Shown: positions 25,458 to 35,249 of the stretch, one piece after another
How the letters are laid out: every line of letters starts with the position of its first letter
How positions within the stretch are numbered: the stretch's first letter is position 1
IMG/VR virus record: IMGVR_UViG_3300031965_000039
Span: 1-54,425 of that record
Length of the DNA stretch: 54,425 nucleotides
Strand: one strand, 5' to 3'
DNA from: a virus
Lineage: Duplodnaviria > Caudoviricetes
The notes under the pieces: model-generated
Database searches by the model: none
What the model saw: the letters and a program-made list of their open reading frames with translations, nothing else
Told to the model about the DNA's origin: nothing
Translations under genes and position numbers: made by a program

Positions 25458-26060
25458 ATGGCAGACATGAACGAAAAAGAATCCCAGCCACAGCCAGAAA
25501 AAAAAGAAGTGGCAATTGTCTACGGTCGAGATGGGCGCGTAATGAATCCTAAAAGCCTTGCCCAATTAAGCCAGAATAAACCAGGCAATCCGCACGGGTT
25601 TAAACAGGGAAACTCCGGCTTTACAGGAAAACATCACCCGCGAACATTGCTACGAGAAGCCTATCAAGACTTGCTATCCGCCACAGTTACAGACCTGAAA
25701 ACAGGAAAAAGAAAAAAAATATCGAGGCAACTCGCACAAATGCACTATGTTATGTTAAGAAGGACATACAAAAAAAGAAACGCGGCAATGTTTAGCCGAT
25801 TGCTCACCGATTTTGCAATTGCGGCAGGCGAGGCGAGCAAAAACGAGCCTGCACAACCTCAAATTTCCGCACAAAACGTCATACTTTTGCCCAGCCATGA
25901 CAGTGTAATTCAACTTCCACCGCCAGAACAGGCAGAGTACGAAGTCCAGAGTACCGCAGTTTCGAGCGGAAACGCCCCGTCATTGAACGAGCAGTCTCGA
26001 ACCCTACCCGAACCATTGCCAAAGACAGAGAATGCAACTACGGGCAAAATACAGCATTAG
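25458..26060 (+). CDS. terS: probable terminase small subunit
   Basis: N-SL-L...FKQGNSG motif, disordered tail; upstream of terL. Confidence 0.55.
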   Translation: MADMNEKESQPQPEKKEVAIVYGRDGRVMNPKSLAQLSQNKPGNPHGFKQGNSGFTGKHHPRTLLREAYQDLLSATVTDLKTGKRKKISRQLAQMHYVMLRRTYKKRNAAMFSRLLTDFAIAAGEASKNEPAQPQISAQNVILLPSHDSVIQLPPPEQAEYEVQSTAVSSGNAPSLNEQSRTLPEPLPKTENATTGKIQH

Positions 26061-26431
26061 GCATTATCTTCCCACCACAACCGATAGCGTTAAAGCGTTA
26101 TTCTCACCAGCAGGAAATAATTGCAGCATATAAGTGCAATGTAAACAGCCAGTATGTATAAGAACTATTATGTAAACTAACTAAGGAATACGCTATGCAA
26201 ATGAATGAACAGATTAGAGTTAGCACCAGAAAGATGCAGGAAATGAGACAAGCTTCTGTACTGCGATACCATCCGCCAGGTGCAGAGAGTACGTAGCTAA
26301 ACCCCCACCCGCACCTACCCCCCCCAGGGGGGATATGCCCACTCGACCCCCCGTATGGGGACCCCTCGGAGAGATGTTATATCCCCACACAGTCAATTTA
26401 ATAATTTCACTTGGAGGTTTTGAAAAAAATC

Positions 26432-26460
26432 TTGACATTGATATTGATTCTGGTTATATT
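26432..26460 (+). promoter_or_regulatory. sigma70-type promoter
   Basis: TTGACA-N17-TATATT. Confidence 0.75.
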
Positions 26461-26494
26461 TGTCCCTAACAATTGTGGAGATTTTGGGACAAAG

Positions 26495-26656
26495 ATGACT
26501 TGGAGAGATATTAGATTATTGAGAGCATTTGTTTCTTATCATGTTGGGCGGAAGCCTGAAGCTATTCGTAAGGCTATGCAAAGATTAAGTTTCAAGAGTA
26601 CATTTGAGGGATTTTCAAAGTACATAGACAGAATTGGGAAGAAGGATGCCGTTTGA
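26495..26656 (+). CDS. hypothetical protein
   Basis: MTWRDIR start downstream of promoter. Confidence 0.5.
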   Translation: MTWRDIRLLRAFVSYHVGRKPEAIRKAMQRLSFKSTFEGFSKYIDRIGKKDAV

Positions 26657-26985
26657 CAAAAAGAAGTATCCGCCAGATTGGGAAGATATTCGGAATAGGA
26701 TATGATGAAATGAACTGGAAATTCTGGCTTGATAAGGAAGTGTCAGAAGCCATTCTGTGCAGATGCAAGGAGAGGCGGCAAGTGGTATCTGATGGAACCG
26801 GAACCGGGTTCAAGTGTATGGCCTGTGGGAAGAAGATTCAGTGCAAGTACTGTGTTAGAGTTGCGATGTATTGTATTAGCGGGAAGTGGGTGACAATTCT
26901 CTACTGTAACCGGCATGAGAGGAAAGCTTTGAATACAGCGATACATGCATTGGCAATCAATTCGAGTCCTATGTTTTTTAATTGA
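26653..26985 (+). CDS. Cys-rich zinc-finger protein
   Basis: CRC, CMAC, CKYC, C--H. Confidence 0.6.
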   Translation: MTKRSIRQIGKIFGIGYDEMNWKFWLDKEVSEAILCRCKERRQVVSDGTGTGFKCMACGKKIQCKYCVRVAMYCISGKWVTILYCNRHERKALNTAIHALAINSSPMFFN

Positions 26986-27137
26986 TGGATGAAACACTGC
27001 ATGAGCGGTGGCAGGCTCACTAAGAGAGGCTGAGCCTATAATTGGCAGCGCGTGATTCGGAACCAGGCGAATATTGCCGATGCCCTGCCGTCCGCTCTAT
27101 GTGTGCAATAATCATGTCCGGGGTTGTATGAACTGTA

Positions 27138-27350
27138 ATGAAGAAAAGAAACGAAGTGCGGAGTACTTACAATATGAAATTGTATGAACGAGCCAGAAAA
27201 AAAGCTTTGAAAAGCCACTCTGAATTCACTATAAGATTAGAGCTTTTTTTTTGGAAGCATGGAAGTCTAACAAAATTAAGAAATCTGACATTCGAGAAAG
27301 TTGAGGAAATTTTATTTAAAGAATTTCCCATAAAAAATCATGCAGATTAA
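27138..27350 (+). CDS. hypothetical protein
   Basis: Basic 70-aa ORF. Confidence 0.5.
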   Translation: MKKRNEVRSTYNMKLYERARKKALKSHSEFTIRLELFFWKHGSLTKLRNLTFEKVEEILFKEFPIKNHAD

Positions 27351-27507
27351 AAAGGCACCAAAATATCTCTCTCAATGGTTTGAATCATTTGCAGTGCATG
27401 ATTTAGAAATATCTGTTGGAAAGATTGTAACTGCCAAGATTGACGGAAAAGAAAAACGCTACATCAAAGTAGCAAAAGATGATTGGGAAGAATTGCCTTG
27501 CAAATAA
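27340..27507 (+). CDS. 55-aa hypothetical protein
   Basis: MQIKKAPKY...WEELPCK*; overlaps neighbours. Confidence 0.5.
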   Translation: MQIKKAPKYLSQWFESFAVHDLEISVGKIVTAKIDGKEKRYIKVAKDDWEELPCK

Positions 27508-28988
27508 AAGTAGGCAATGAAATAAAGAATGTGCTTTGGGCACCTAATCCTGGGCCTCAAACAGAGTTTTGTCAAACGACAGCTGACTACGCTTTATATG
27601 GAGGTGCCCGTGGGGGTGGGAAAACTGATGCACTTCTTGCTGAAGCGACCAGATGGAATCAATTTCCGGATTATAAATGCTTATTTCTTCGTAAAACATT
27701 TCCTCAATTGTCTGAAGTAATGGAACGAGCTTTCAAACTTTATCCTCAACTTGGTTTAAAATGGGAAGGTGAACGCCGATTATGGCGAGCATACTCGGGT
27801 GCATTTATTCAATTTGGACACTGCGAAAATGAGAAAGATAAATATAACTATATTGGAAAAGAATTTCATCGTATCATTTACGATCAAGTAGAACGATTTA
27901 CAGAGTCTCAATTTCAAGAAATAAATACTACTCTTAGAACAACCAATCCTAATATTCCAACACAAGTGTTAGCTTCGGCAAATCCTGGTGGTGTAGGGCA
28001 TGGATGGGTTAAAAATAGATGGATTAAAAAATGCCGGCCAATTCCAAATGGCAACAAGATTTACAATGCAGATTTTAATATTTGGTGGCAACCATTAAAA
28101 GCTGGACAACCATACAAAGATGAATTCAATCAGATATGGCAATACTATCCAGCACTTGTTTTTCAAAATCCACAAGTAATGGATAATGATCGCAAATATG
28201 TCAATAAATTGTTGGCTCTTAAATATGAGAAACGAGAAGCATATCTCTGGGGTAATTGGGACGTTTTTCTTGGTCAATTTTTTCAAGAATGGCGAGATGA
28301 AATTCATGTTCTTAGAAAGAAAGATGTACCAAAAGTTCCTATGCACTGGGATGTTCTTGGAGCCTGTGATTATGCCTCAAGTGGTTGGTACTTTTCTTTA
28401 GTTGCAGCCATAACTCATAATGCAGAAATAATCATTCTTGAAGAAGATTACTTTCTTGGTGGTTCAATTAGAAAAAAAGCCTATCGTGCACAAAGATTAA
28501 TCGAAAAGTATCCGCAAATGAAAAGATGGGCTTGCCCCTGGGATATGTTCAATGAAACAAGAGACAAGGATACTGAACAGGTGGTTGGTAGAATTATAGA
28601 TCGATTCGTTAAACATATTGATAAAGACTGTCGTAAACGAGTAAGATTTGTAAAAGCTTCAAAAGATCGAGTAGCGGGATGGGATCTTATTCGGGATGGA
28701 CTGTCTTGGTCTGATGGAGATAAGCCTTGGCTTTACGTCATGGGAGATTGTAGAAAACTTATAGAAACAATACCAGAACAATGCTATCAAGATCAAGAAT
28801 CAGAAGATGAAAATATAATTGACAAAGAAGATTTAGACAAAGAAGGATGGACGCATGGTGTCGATGCACTTAGGTATCTGTGTATGGTGGCTAAACGCGA
28901 AAAGAAAAAAATCCCAACGGATGTTTACGATGCACCAGAAAAAGCAAGACAGCAACAAACACAGCCTAATCATTGGTTATTAAGTTAA
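27483..28988 (+). CDS. terL: terminase large subunit
   Basis: PNPGPQTEF, YGGARGGGKT Walker A, ASANPGGVGH-WV, HGVDALRY; start uncertain. Confidence 0.95.
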   Translation: MGRIALQIKVGNEIKNVLWAPNPGPQTEFCQTTADYALYGGARGGGKTDALLAEATRWNQFPDYKCLFLRKTFPQLSEVMERAFKLYPQLGLKWEGERRLWRAYSGAFIQFGHCENEKDKYNYIGKEFHRIIYDQVERFTESQFQEINTTLRTTNPNIPTQVLASANPGGVGHGWVKNRWIKKCRPIPNGNKIYNADFNIWWQPLKAGQPYKDEFNQIWQYYPALVFQNPQVMDNDRKYVNKLLALKYEKREAYLWGNWDVFLGQFFQEWRDEIHVLRKKDVPKVPMHWDVLGACDYASSGWYFSLVAAITHNAEIIILEEDYFLGGSIRKKAYRAQRLIEKYPQMKRWACPWDMFNETRDKDTEQVVGRIIDRFVKHIDKDCRKRVRFVKASKDRVAGWDLIRDGLSWSDGDKPWLYVMGDCRKLIETIPEQCYQDQESEDENIIDKEDLDKEGWTHGVDALRYLCMVAKREKKKIPTDVYDAPEKARQQQTQPNHWLLS

Positions 28989-28991
28989 AGT

Positions 28992-29348
28992 ATGAATAAC
29001 TACGTCAAAATCTTTAAGTTGAAAACCCGCACTGAAATTAATGCTTTTATCTTTGATTTTATTGAGTTCAAGAAAGTAGATCGCGTCATGCAACAGCAGA
29101 TACCGCACAAGCCGATTGACTATGTTTCTACGTTTAAGCTCAAGAATGATAAACTGGTGAACAAATTTATCGATGACTTCTGTAATGCCAAACAGATAGA
29201 TGAATGCGTAAAGATAGCCATGCGGGATGCTTGGGAGAATCAGGTTGGGATTGGAATGTATCGGGAGGAAGATCAATATTGGAGATTAAAGCGTCAACAA
29301 ATGAAACTTGAAAAGGAATGGAGGCATCGTCATGGAAAACCAAACTAA
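28992..29348 (+). CDS. hypothetical protein
   Basis: Contiguous with terL. Confidence 0.6.
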   Translation: MNNYVKIFKLKTRTEINAFIFDFIEFKKVDRVMQQQIPHKPIDYVSTFKLKNDKLVNKFIDDFCNAKQIDECVKIAMRDAWENQVGIGMYREEDQYWRLKRQQMKLEKEWRHRHGKPN

Positions 29349-30135
29349 AGCAAAAGATGAATTTATATCAGAAGTTCTAATGCTTTGTCATAAGTATACG
29401 CCGCAAATACAATTAGTGGCACCAAGTCCAATAAAGGCATGTGAGATATTCTATGACATCAAGAAAGGATTTGATGAAATAAGAGATGTTATTAATAAGA
29501 TGCTACAAACTAAATTCGAGGATGGTGATAAGAATAGAGTAATGATGATCATATTTGCTGAGACATTAAATAGGGAAATATTTACAGTAGATTCTTTCGT
29601 TAAAATAGTCGGCAAAAATGGCCTGTCGGTATATAATCTTTTTGAAGAATATAGAGACTTTTTACGTGATGTATCCTTTGACAATTTTGAGGTTGGCACT
29701 AAAAATATAACAGTCAAGTCAAAGAAGCCTATTCTTGAGTTGGAATCATGCTGGGATGGACCAGCCATAAAGTACGAAGATGGATTCGGTTTTTATAAAA
29801 TAGATGGAATCATTGTGCCAAGCAAGATTATTACCGAATCTGCGGATAGCAAAGAGTTGGTGATAATGTATCTTAAAGAAAATGCTGAGATTAGAAGCTT
29901 TATACTAAAAAAGGTCGGTGCACTAAAAATATTAGACCTAATGTCTGCAAAGTTGCTTGACAAGAAAAATATATATGAATTATATGAAACAAAAATGCTT
30001 GAAGAAAAGTGGTGTGTATTCCTTAGAAGTATAGATCCTTCAACAGGAGTATGTTATGATGAATTTGTTGATTCAGAGATAAAAACGGTTAAGAAAGCAT
30101 TGAAGTTTATTGATGAGAGACAAAATAATCCTTGA
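29332..30135 (+). CDS. DUF6745-like protein
   Basis: DGPAIKY-DG-G-Y-I-G-VP...NAEIR...DPSTG; GGAGG SD. Confidence 0.7.
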   Translation: MENQTKAKDEFISEVLMLCHKYTPQIQLVAPSPIKACEIFYDIKKGFDEIRDVINKMLQTKFEDGDKNRVMMIIFAETLNREIFTVDSFVKIVGKNGLSVYNLFEEYRDFLRDVSFDNFEVGTKNITVKSKKPILELESCWDGPAIKYEDGFGFYKIDGIIVPSKIITESADSKELVIMYLKENAEIRSFILKKVGALKILDLMSAKLLDKKNIYELYETKMLEEKWCVFLRSIDPSTGVCYDEFVDSEIKTVKKALKFIDERQNNP

Positions 30136-30160
30136 CAAACCAACTATTTAAGTATATATT
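30132..30160 (+). promoter_or_regulatory. sigma70-type promoter of morphogenesis operon
   Basis: TTGACA-N17-TATATT. Confidence 0.75.
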
Positions 30161-30169
30161 GCGGCAAAC

Positions 30170-30346
30170 ATGGACGCTAACAAGGAAAAACTTTCACGAT
30201 TACTGCGCGTCCTTTTAGGATTGGGACATGATTTTACCGGGATTACAGACGTAAAATTTAAATGGCGTGATGGAGAGATGACGGGGGGCATCAAAAAAAA
30301 CGAAGAGCAAGAATTAGATTGGCAAAAGTTGAGCGAGATAAAATAA
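30170..30346 (+). CDS. 58-aa leader protein
   Basis: MDANKEKL...DFTGITDVKFKWRDGE...; starts right after promoter. Confidence 0.55.
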   Translation: MDANKEKLSRLLRVLLGLGHDFTGITDVKFKWRDGEMTGGIKKNEEQELDWQKLSEIK

Positions 30347-30378
30347 AAATTAACTGAAATATCCCCGAATCCTTAAGG

Positions 30379-30428
30379 AAGGGGCACTGTCTTCCATTCT
30401 TGGTTAGACAGTGCCCCTTTTTTATTTT
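30379..30428 (+). terminator. terminator/attenuator before portal
   Basis: GGGGCACTGTCT...AGACAGTGCCCC then T-run. Confidence 0.75.
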
Positions 30429-32489
30429 ATGCCAGAAATTCAATTTGACATTGATTTAGAAAATCCTGTAGTTCGAGAATCTTTTGACCGTGTAGCAAAG
30501 GTGCAGAAGGCATTTGTACGCGAGGTTGGGGAATATTCTGAGCAAGCAGAAGAAGAAGAAGAATCCTATCGAGCTTATTTTTCAGATTCTTGGAAAACTG
30601 ACATCAAAACCAAGCGGGAAGCAAGGGGCTTGCCAGTATCAGACGTTGCAAGGTTCGCCTCGGTTGTTGATACTATTTCTGGCAATGAACGCCAGAATCG
30701 TACTGATACGCATATTTTTCCATTTGAGCGTGACGATCAACTCACGGCTGATGTTGGCAATCTTTATCTCAAATATCGGAATCGCAAAGAGCAGCAGTGG
30801 CATGCTGATTCTTTGGCTTTTATCAATGCTATTGTTTCAAAGCGTGCCCATTACGAATTCTTTTTAAGAAATAATCCTAAAGATGGTTCGCTTGAAACTA
30901 TACGTGTTCTCAGACCGGCCTCGGAAGTTTATGTCCAAAAACCATTTCGGGATATTACGGCCAGTGATTCAATAGGGACCTTCCATGCACAGTGGGTATT
31001 TGTGGAGGACGTGATTAAGCAGTACAAAGAGAAAGTCAAAACACTTGGTCTTTTAGATTTTACGCCACAGGATCGCAAACCTCGCAATGAAATTACCCAT
31101 TTGCTTGATGCTTACGACTTTCCGGATCTAAAAAACAACGACTACTTTTTCAATAAAGAAAAAACGATGGTACGGGTAATCCGCTACTGGCGCCGTCATC
31201 GCAAACCGATTTATCAAATCATCAATCCTAATCCTGCCAGTTTCAAAGATATTCTTATCGGTTCAGAGGGTTCAAAAAGCAAAGCCATTGAAAAGGCCAT
31301 TGCTTTTATAGCGGAGCGGCCAGAGATAGCTATTGGCTACCTGCAAATGAGTCCGTTGGTTGTTGACAATGAAGTCATCAATGAATTGAACGATAAAACG
31401 ATTGAATATGTAGCAAAGGAATTCATCGAAGAACAATTCAAAGATGTGTATTCATTCCACGCGATTTCCGGTAGAGTGGAATTGGAGTACGAAGAAGAAT
31501 ATGGAGATTTCATTCCCTGGACTCACATGTTTTGTTATTTCGTGGATGGGCGAGCTGGTGGGTTGCATGAACGCATTAAGGATTTGATTCAGGAAGTCAA
31601 CTTTATCCATGCCAAGTTGATGCAGCGTCTCGGCACAATGGGTAAAATGCCGCTTGGTATTGAAGAAGATGCGACTGAAATGAAGCCTGATGTAATTAAG
31701 CAGAACTATGAAGATGGTGGCATAATCATCTTCAAGCCTGATGCCATTCGTAAAAATAAATTTCATGCCTTTGAAGATAAAACATTATCTTCTATTCCTG
31801 CCTACATTACTCTTGAAGAAAGCCTTAACAATACGATTAAAGAGTTAACCGGGGCTAACGATCCGTTACAGGGTCGTAGCCCAGGGGCTAATACTGCTGG
31901 AATTGCTATCGAGCTTTTGCAAAGAACTGGATCGGCTTTGATTGCTCCGACCCTGGATAATTACAAACGCTTCAAGATGGAAAATGCCCGTATGGAAGTA
32001 GAAATGCTTCTTAGGGCTTATAAGCTGCGCCCGCAATTGACGGCTTACAAACTGGTGCGAGTTGTAGGGGCCATGCTCAATTTGCCGGGACAACAGCAAA
32101 GCAAACTTGCCGAAGTGATGCAACAGGTCGATCAGACAACAGAAGAAGGAGATGAATTGGGTATGGTGACATTTATGCTATCGCTTTTAGAGCGAATGAG
32201 GGGCATGGAATATGATTTTACCATTGACGAATTTATTCATTCGCCATCGTTGAGATTTGCGCAACTACAACAATTGTCAACTATGGCAAGCTCGCTGGCT
32301 TTTCCAGTTGATCCGAGCGCAATTATTGAAAGCATGGAATTGCCTCAGCAATTAAAAGACCGACTTTTGGCTTTTCTTGGAGCACAAGAAGGCGAGCAAC
32401 AAGTATTAAATCGTGGTAATCAAGGGGGATTCAATACAAAGGGATCGCCCCCATCTTTAAAAAGCATTAACTCAAATGGAGGTCAATAA
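30429..32489 (+). CDS. portal protein (P22-like)
   Basis: VDTISGNERQNR...P-E-DD-TA; LIQEVN; IKELTGAND-LQG. Confidence 0.9.
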   Translation: MPEIQFDIDLENPVVRESFDRVAKVQKAFVREVGEYSEQAEEEEESYRAYFSDSWKTDIKTKREARGLPVSDVARFASVVDTISGNERQNRTDTHIFPFERDDQLTADVGNLYLKYRNRKEQQWHADSLAFINAIVSKRAHYEFFLRNNPKDGSLETIRVLRPASEVYVQKPFRDITASDSIGTFHAQWVFVEDVIKQYKEKVKTLGLLDFTPQDRKPRNEITHLLDAYDFPDLKNNDYFFNKEKTMVRVIRYWRRHRKPIYQIINPNPASFKDILIGSEGSKSKAIEKAIAFIAERPEIAIGYLQMSPLVVDNEVINELNDKTIEYVAKEFIEEQFKDVYSFHAISGRVELEYEEEYGDFIPWTHMFCYFVDGRAGGLHERIKDLIQEVNFIHAKLMQRLGTMGKMPLGIEEDATEMKPDVIKQNYEDGGIIIFKPDAIRKNKFHAFEDKTLSSIPAYITLEESLNNTIKELTGANDPLQGRSPGANTAGIAIELLQRTGSALIAPTLDNYKRFKMENARMEVEMLLRAYKLRPQLTAYKLVRVVGAMLNLPGQQQSKLAEVMQQVDQTTEEGDELGMVTFMLSLLERMRGMEYDFTIDEFIHSPSLRFAQLQQLSTMASSLAFPVDPSAIIESMELPQQLKDRLLAFLGAQEGEQQVLNRGNQGGFNTKGSPPSLKSINSNGGQ

Positions 32490-32752
32490 TGCCTTACAAC
32501 ACTAAACCTACTCATATCCCGGAGCACATTGACACAACTGGCGCATTTACGCCAAGCAAGCGCTTTCGTCCTACCAGCCCTTTGCAGAATCAAGGGAATG
32601 TTGATGATAGCGAGCGCAATGATTTTGTGCTGGCGCAAACGAAAGATATGGCTGGTACGCCAAAGCGCGATCTATTGGACGGTGAATCGGTTAAGTTTAC
32701 GCCGCCAAAAGTGGTGTCAGATTTGGATTATAACGCAGAAAACAAGCTGTAA
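32489..32752 (+). CDS. hypothetical protein
   Basis: GGAGG SD; TAATG overlap. Confidence 0.65.
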   Translation: MPYNTKPTHIPEHIDTTGAFTPSKRFRPTSPLQNQGNVDDSERNDFVLAQTKDMAGTPKRDLLDGESVKFTPPKVVSDLDYNAENKL

Positions 32753-32839
32753 CCTTCTCTCACACTAAGGGCCAAGCGGCTGGCGAAATCCTGCAATGGC
32801 GGGAAAAAACGCAGCCAACGACCAAAAAGGAGATTTATC

Positions 32840-33562
32840 ATGTTTTTTAATAAGTATCCCGTGCCATTATACGATGAGGATCCGGCTAATGGTGACGGTG
32901 GCCAATTGGAGTCTGATGACGATAGCCAAGATGATTCCAAAGACCAAAAATGGGAAAAGCTTTTAGGTATGGTTGAAAGCCAGAATAAAAAGCTTGATAC
33001 CTTTGAAAGGCTCGTTGGCAAATGGTCCACGGAAGTAGGGGCAACGCGGCAAGACCTTGCAAGCGTTAAGACCTTTATGGAAAACTTCCAAAACAAGACC
33101 AGTGGCGATAACGAGTTTGATCCTTATGACCGCGATAAGTTGCAAACTTTCATTCAAGAGAGTTTGAAACCGATAGCGGAGTTTCAAAAAAACTATGTGA
33201 CAGTCGATTCTTTGCAGCAGTTGCTTGCAGAAGCCGAACGTCTTGGCACAGTGAAAGAAGAATTTTCTTTGACTGATGATGAGATGAGGGAATTGAATGC
33301 TAAAGCACAAGAAGCGAAAACCGACTTGCGGCTTATGGCATTTGAAACCTTCGGTGAACGTAAGTTTAAGGCGCAAAAGAAAGGACTGGACTTAAAAAAA
33401 GAACTCAAAACGAAAGATACTACCGAGCCTATGCAGCCCGGTGCAGATTCGGTATTCACAAAAATAGGAATACCGACCGATCCAAAGGAAATCGAAAAGT
33501 TAGTAAAGGAAAAAGGATTGGAATATGTCAAGAATCTTATGGTGTCTGCGAAGCCCGTGTAG
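32840..33562 (+). CDS. probable scaffolding protein
   Basis: Acidic N-terminus, helical, directly upstream of capsid gene. Confidence 0.7.
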   Translation: MFFNKYPVPLYDEDPANGDGGQLESDDDSQDDSKDQKWEKLLGMVESQNKKLDTFERLVGKWSTEVGATRQDLASVKTFMENFQNKTSGDNEFDPYDRDKLQTFIQESLKPIAEFQKNYVTVDSLQQLLAEAERLGTVKEEFSLTDDEMRELNAKAQEAKTDLRLMAFETFGERKFKAQKKGLDLKKELKTKDTTEPMQPGADSVFTKIGIPTDPKEIEKLVKEKGLEYVKNLMVSAKPV

Positions 33563-33582
33563 TATTATGAAAGGAATTGAAC

Positions 33583-34659
33583 ATGGCTAAGTGGACTGTT
33601 GCTGCTTCCACACCTTCTGAAACATTGTCGGCTCAGGTATGGGCTGGTATTGCACATCAGGAAGCACGTATCAAAACCTTTTGGTCTTCGCATCTTGGAC
33701 CAAATGGGGAAAACGGACAGCAATTTCATATCATTGGGATTGATGAACGTTTTGTTAAAGATAAAGGAGATGCAGTTAATACCAATTTGGTGATGGACTT
33801 GACCAGTGATGGTATCAGTGGTAATGCTGGTACATCTCTTGAGGGTAACGAGGAAAGTCCAACTGTTTATTCTGACAGTGTTCTTATCGGTCGTCAAAGA
33901 AATGCCATTCGTTCGGATGGTGTTTTGGATGAACAACGAAGCGCTGTTAATATTCGCAAAACAATGTCTGAGCGCCTGGGTTATTGGGCGGCACGGGTAC
34001 TATTGGATAAGTGGATTTTTCGCAAATTTTCCGGTACTACCCATATCGATAAAAACTCGGCAACTATCGGCGAGGCGGCGGCTGCCAATTCCAACGTTCT
34101 GTATGCCAACGCTAAAACAGCATTAGCGGAACTTGAAGCTGGCGACACTTTCACGCTCGATCTTGTCTCACATGCGAAAACATCGGCAATGGTGGGGACT
34201 TTGAATGGTTCTACCATTTATAAGTTCAAGCCCTATTATGTCGGTGGCCGGCCGTATTACATCTACGTGGATCGGCCAGAGGCTCGGCTTGCCATGCGTG
34301 CTACGGAAGATTGGAAAAGTGCGCAGCTCCAAGCACGTGAGCGGTCAATGGAAAATCCGATCTTCTCCGGTGCTGATGGCATTTGGGATGGTGTGATTTT
34401 GAAATTCCACGATCTGGTAGTTACCGGCAGCAACGCTGGGGCAAGTGGTGATGTATCATACGCAAACGGGCTTTTCCTCGGTACACAGGCTGGATCGCTC
34501 TATCCTGCACAGCCGGCACCAGATTGGGTTGAGAAAACGTTCGATTACTCAGAGGAATACGGTATTGCTACCGGTATGACTCAGGGTATGGACAAACTTC
34601 GGTATAACTCAATTGACTTTGCGGTGATTGCAATCCGTAGCGCAATTGGTCAAATCTAA
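33583..34659 (+). CDS. major capsid protein (N4-gp56 / DUF4043-like)
   Basis: KDKGD-V...LEGNEE...QR-AVNIR...NPIFSG-G-WDGV...FLGTQA...E-FDY. Confidence 0.9.
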   Translation: MAKWTVAASTPSETLSAQVWAGIAHQEARIKTFWSSHLGPNGENGQQFHIIGIDERFVKDKGDAVNTNLVMDLTSDGISGNAGTSLEGNEESPTVYSDSVLIGRQRNAIRSDGVLDEQRSAVNIRKTMSERLGYWAARVLLDKWIFRKFSGTTHIDKNSATIGEAAAANSNVLYANAKTALAELEAGDTFTLDLVSHAKTSAMVGTLNGSTIYKFKPYYVGGRPYYIYVDRPEARLAMRATEDWKSAQLQARERSMENPIFSGADGIWDGVILKFHDLVVTGSNAGASGDVSYANGLFLGTQAGSLYPAQPAPDWVEKTFDYSEEYGIATGMTQGMDKLRYNSIDFAVIAIRSAIGQI

Positions 34660-34676
34660 CAAGAGGAGCAAATATA

Positions 34677-35204
34677 ATGAAGCGACATTTCTTTTTGGTG
34701 ATGGCGGTTGCTCTTTTTGTTGTGACCGCAGCTTTTTCACAAACTCGGGTGCGCGAATATTTGCACCCAAATATCAAATATCCCAATGGCAAGGAATGGA
34801 ATGATGCTGTTGGAGATTCCTTGAGTGATGCTGTTCCTGATACCATAAGCTTTTCGGTATTGGGAAGTGGCAAGAAAGCGCCTATCAACGTTACGGTTAT
34901 GATTGAATGTAACGGTGTTGGTGGCGCTAAAGATTCTGTTCAAGTCACTTGGCGGGTCGGTCACGGAAGTCCGTTTTACGTAACTCTCGGTTCGGCGGTG
35001 AATGAGTTTACCACCGTTGCGGATGCTGGTACTTATATTATTCGAACATTTGTTATCAATACCACCGGTGCCGCAATTGCCAATAATGCTCAAGCTACCG
35101 TTGCTCCAGACTTTAGTGCTATGCAAATTGTTCTTAAACAAGCAACTGATGACAACGAAACGATTAGCTATCGCATTCGAGCCTGGGGTACTTACGAACA
35201 GTAA
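34677..35204 (+). CDS. beta-rich virion (decoration-like) protein with signal peptide
   Basis: MKRHFFLVMAVALFVVTAAFS/Q; directly after capsid gene. Confidence 0.7.
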   Translation: MKRHFFLVMAVALFVVTAAFSQTRVREYLHPNIKYPNGKEWNDAVGDSLSDAVPDTISFSVLGSGKKAPINVTVMIECNGVGGAKDSVQVTWRVGHGSPFYVTLGSAVNEFTTVADAGTYIIRTFVINTTGAAIANNAQATVAPDFSAMQIVLKQATDDNETISYRIRAWGTYEQ

Positions 35205-35210
35205 CATGAT

Positions 35211-35239
35211 GGGGGCTGAGATGCCCCCCTAATTTTTTT
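35211..35239 (+). terminator. intrinsic terminator
   Basis: GGGGGC...GCCCCC then T-run. Confidence 0.65.
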
Positions 35240-35249
35240 GGGAGAAATT

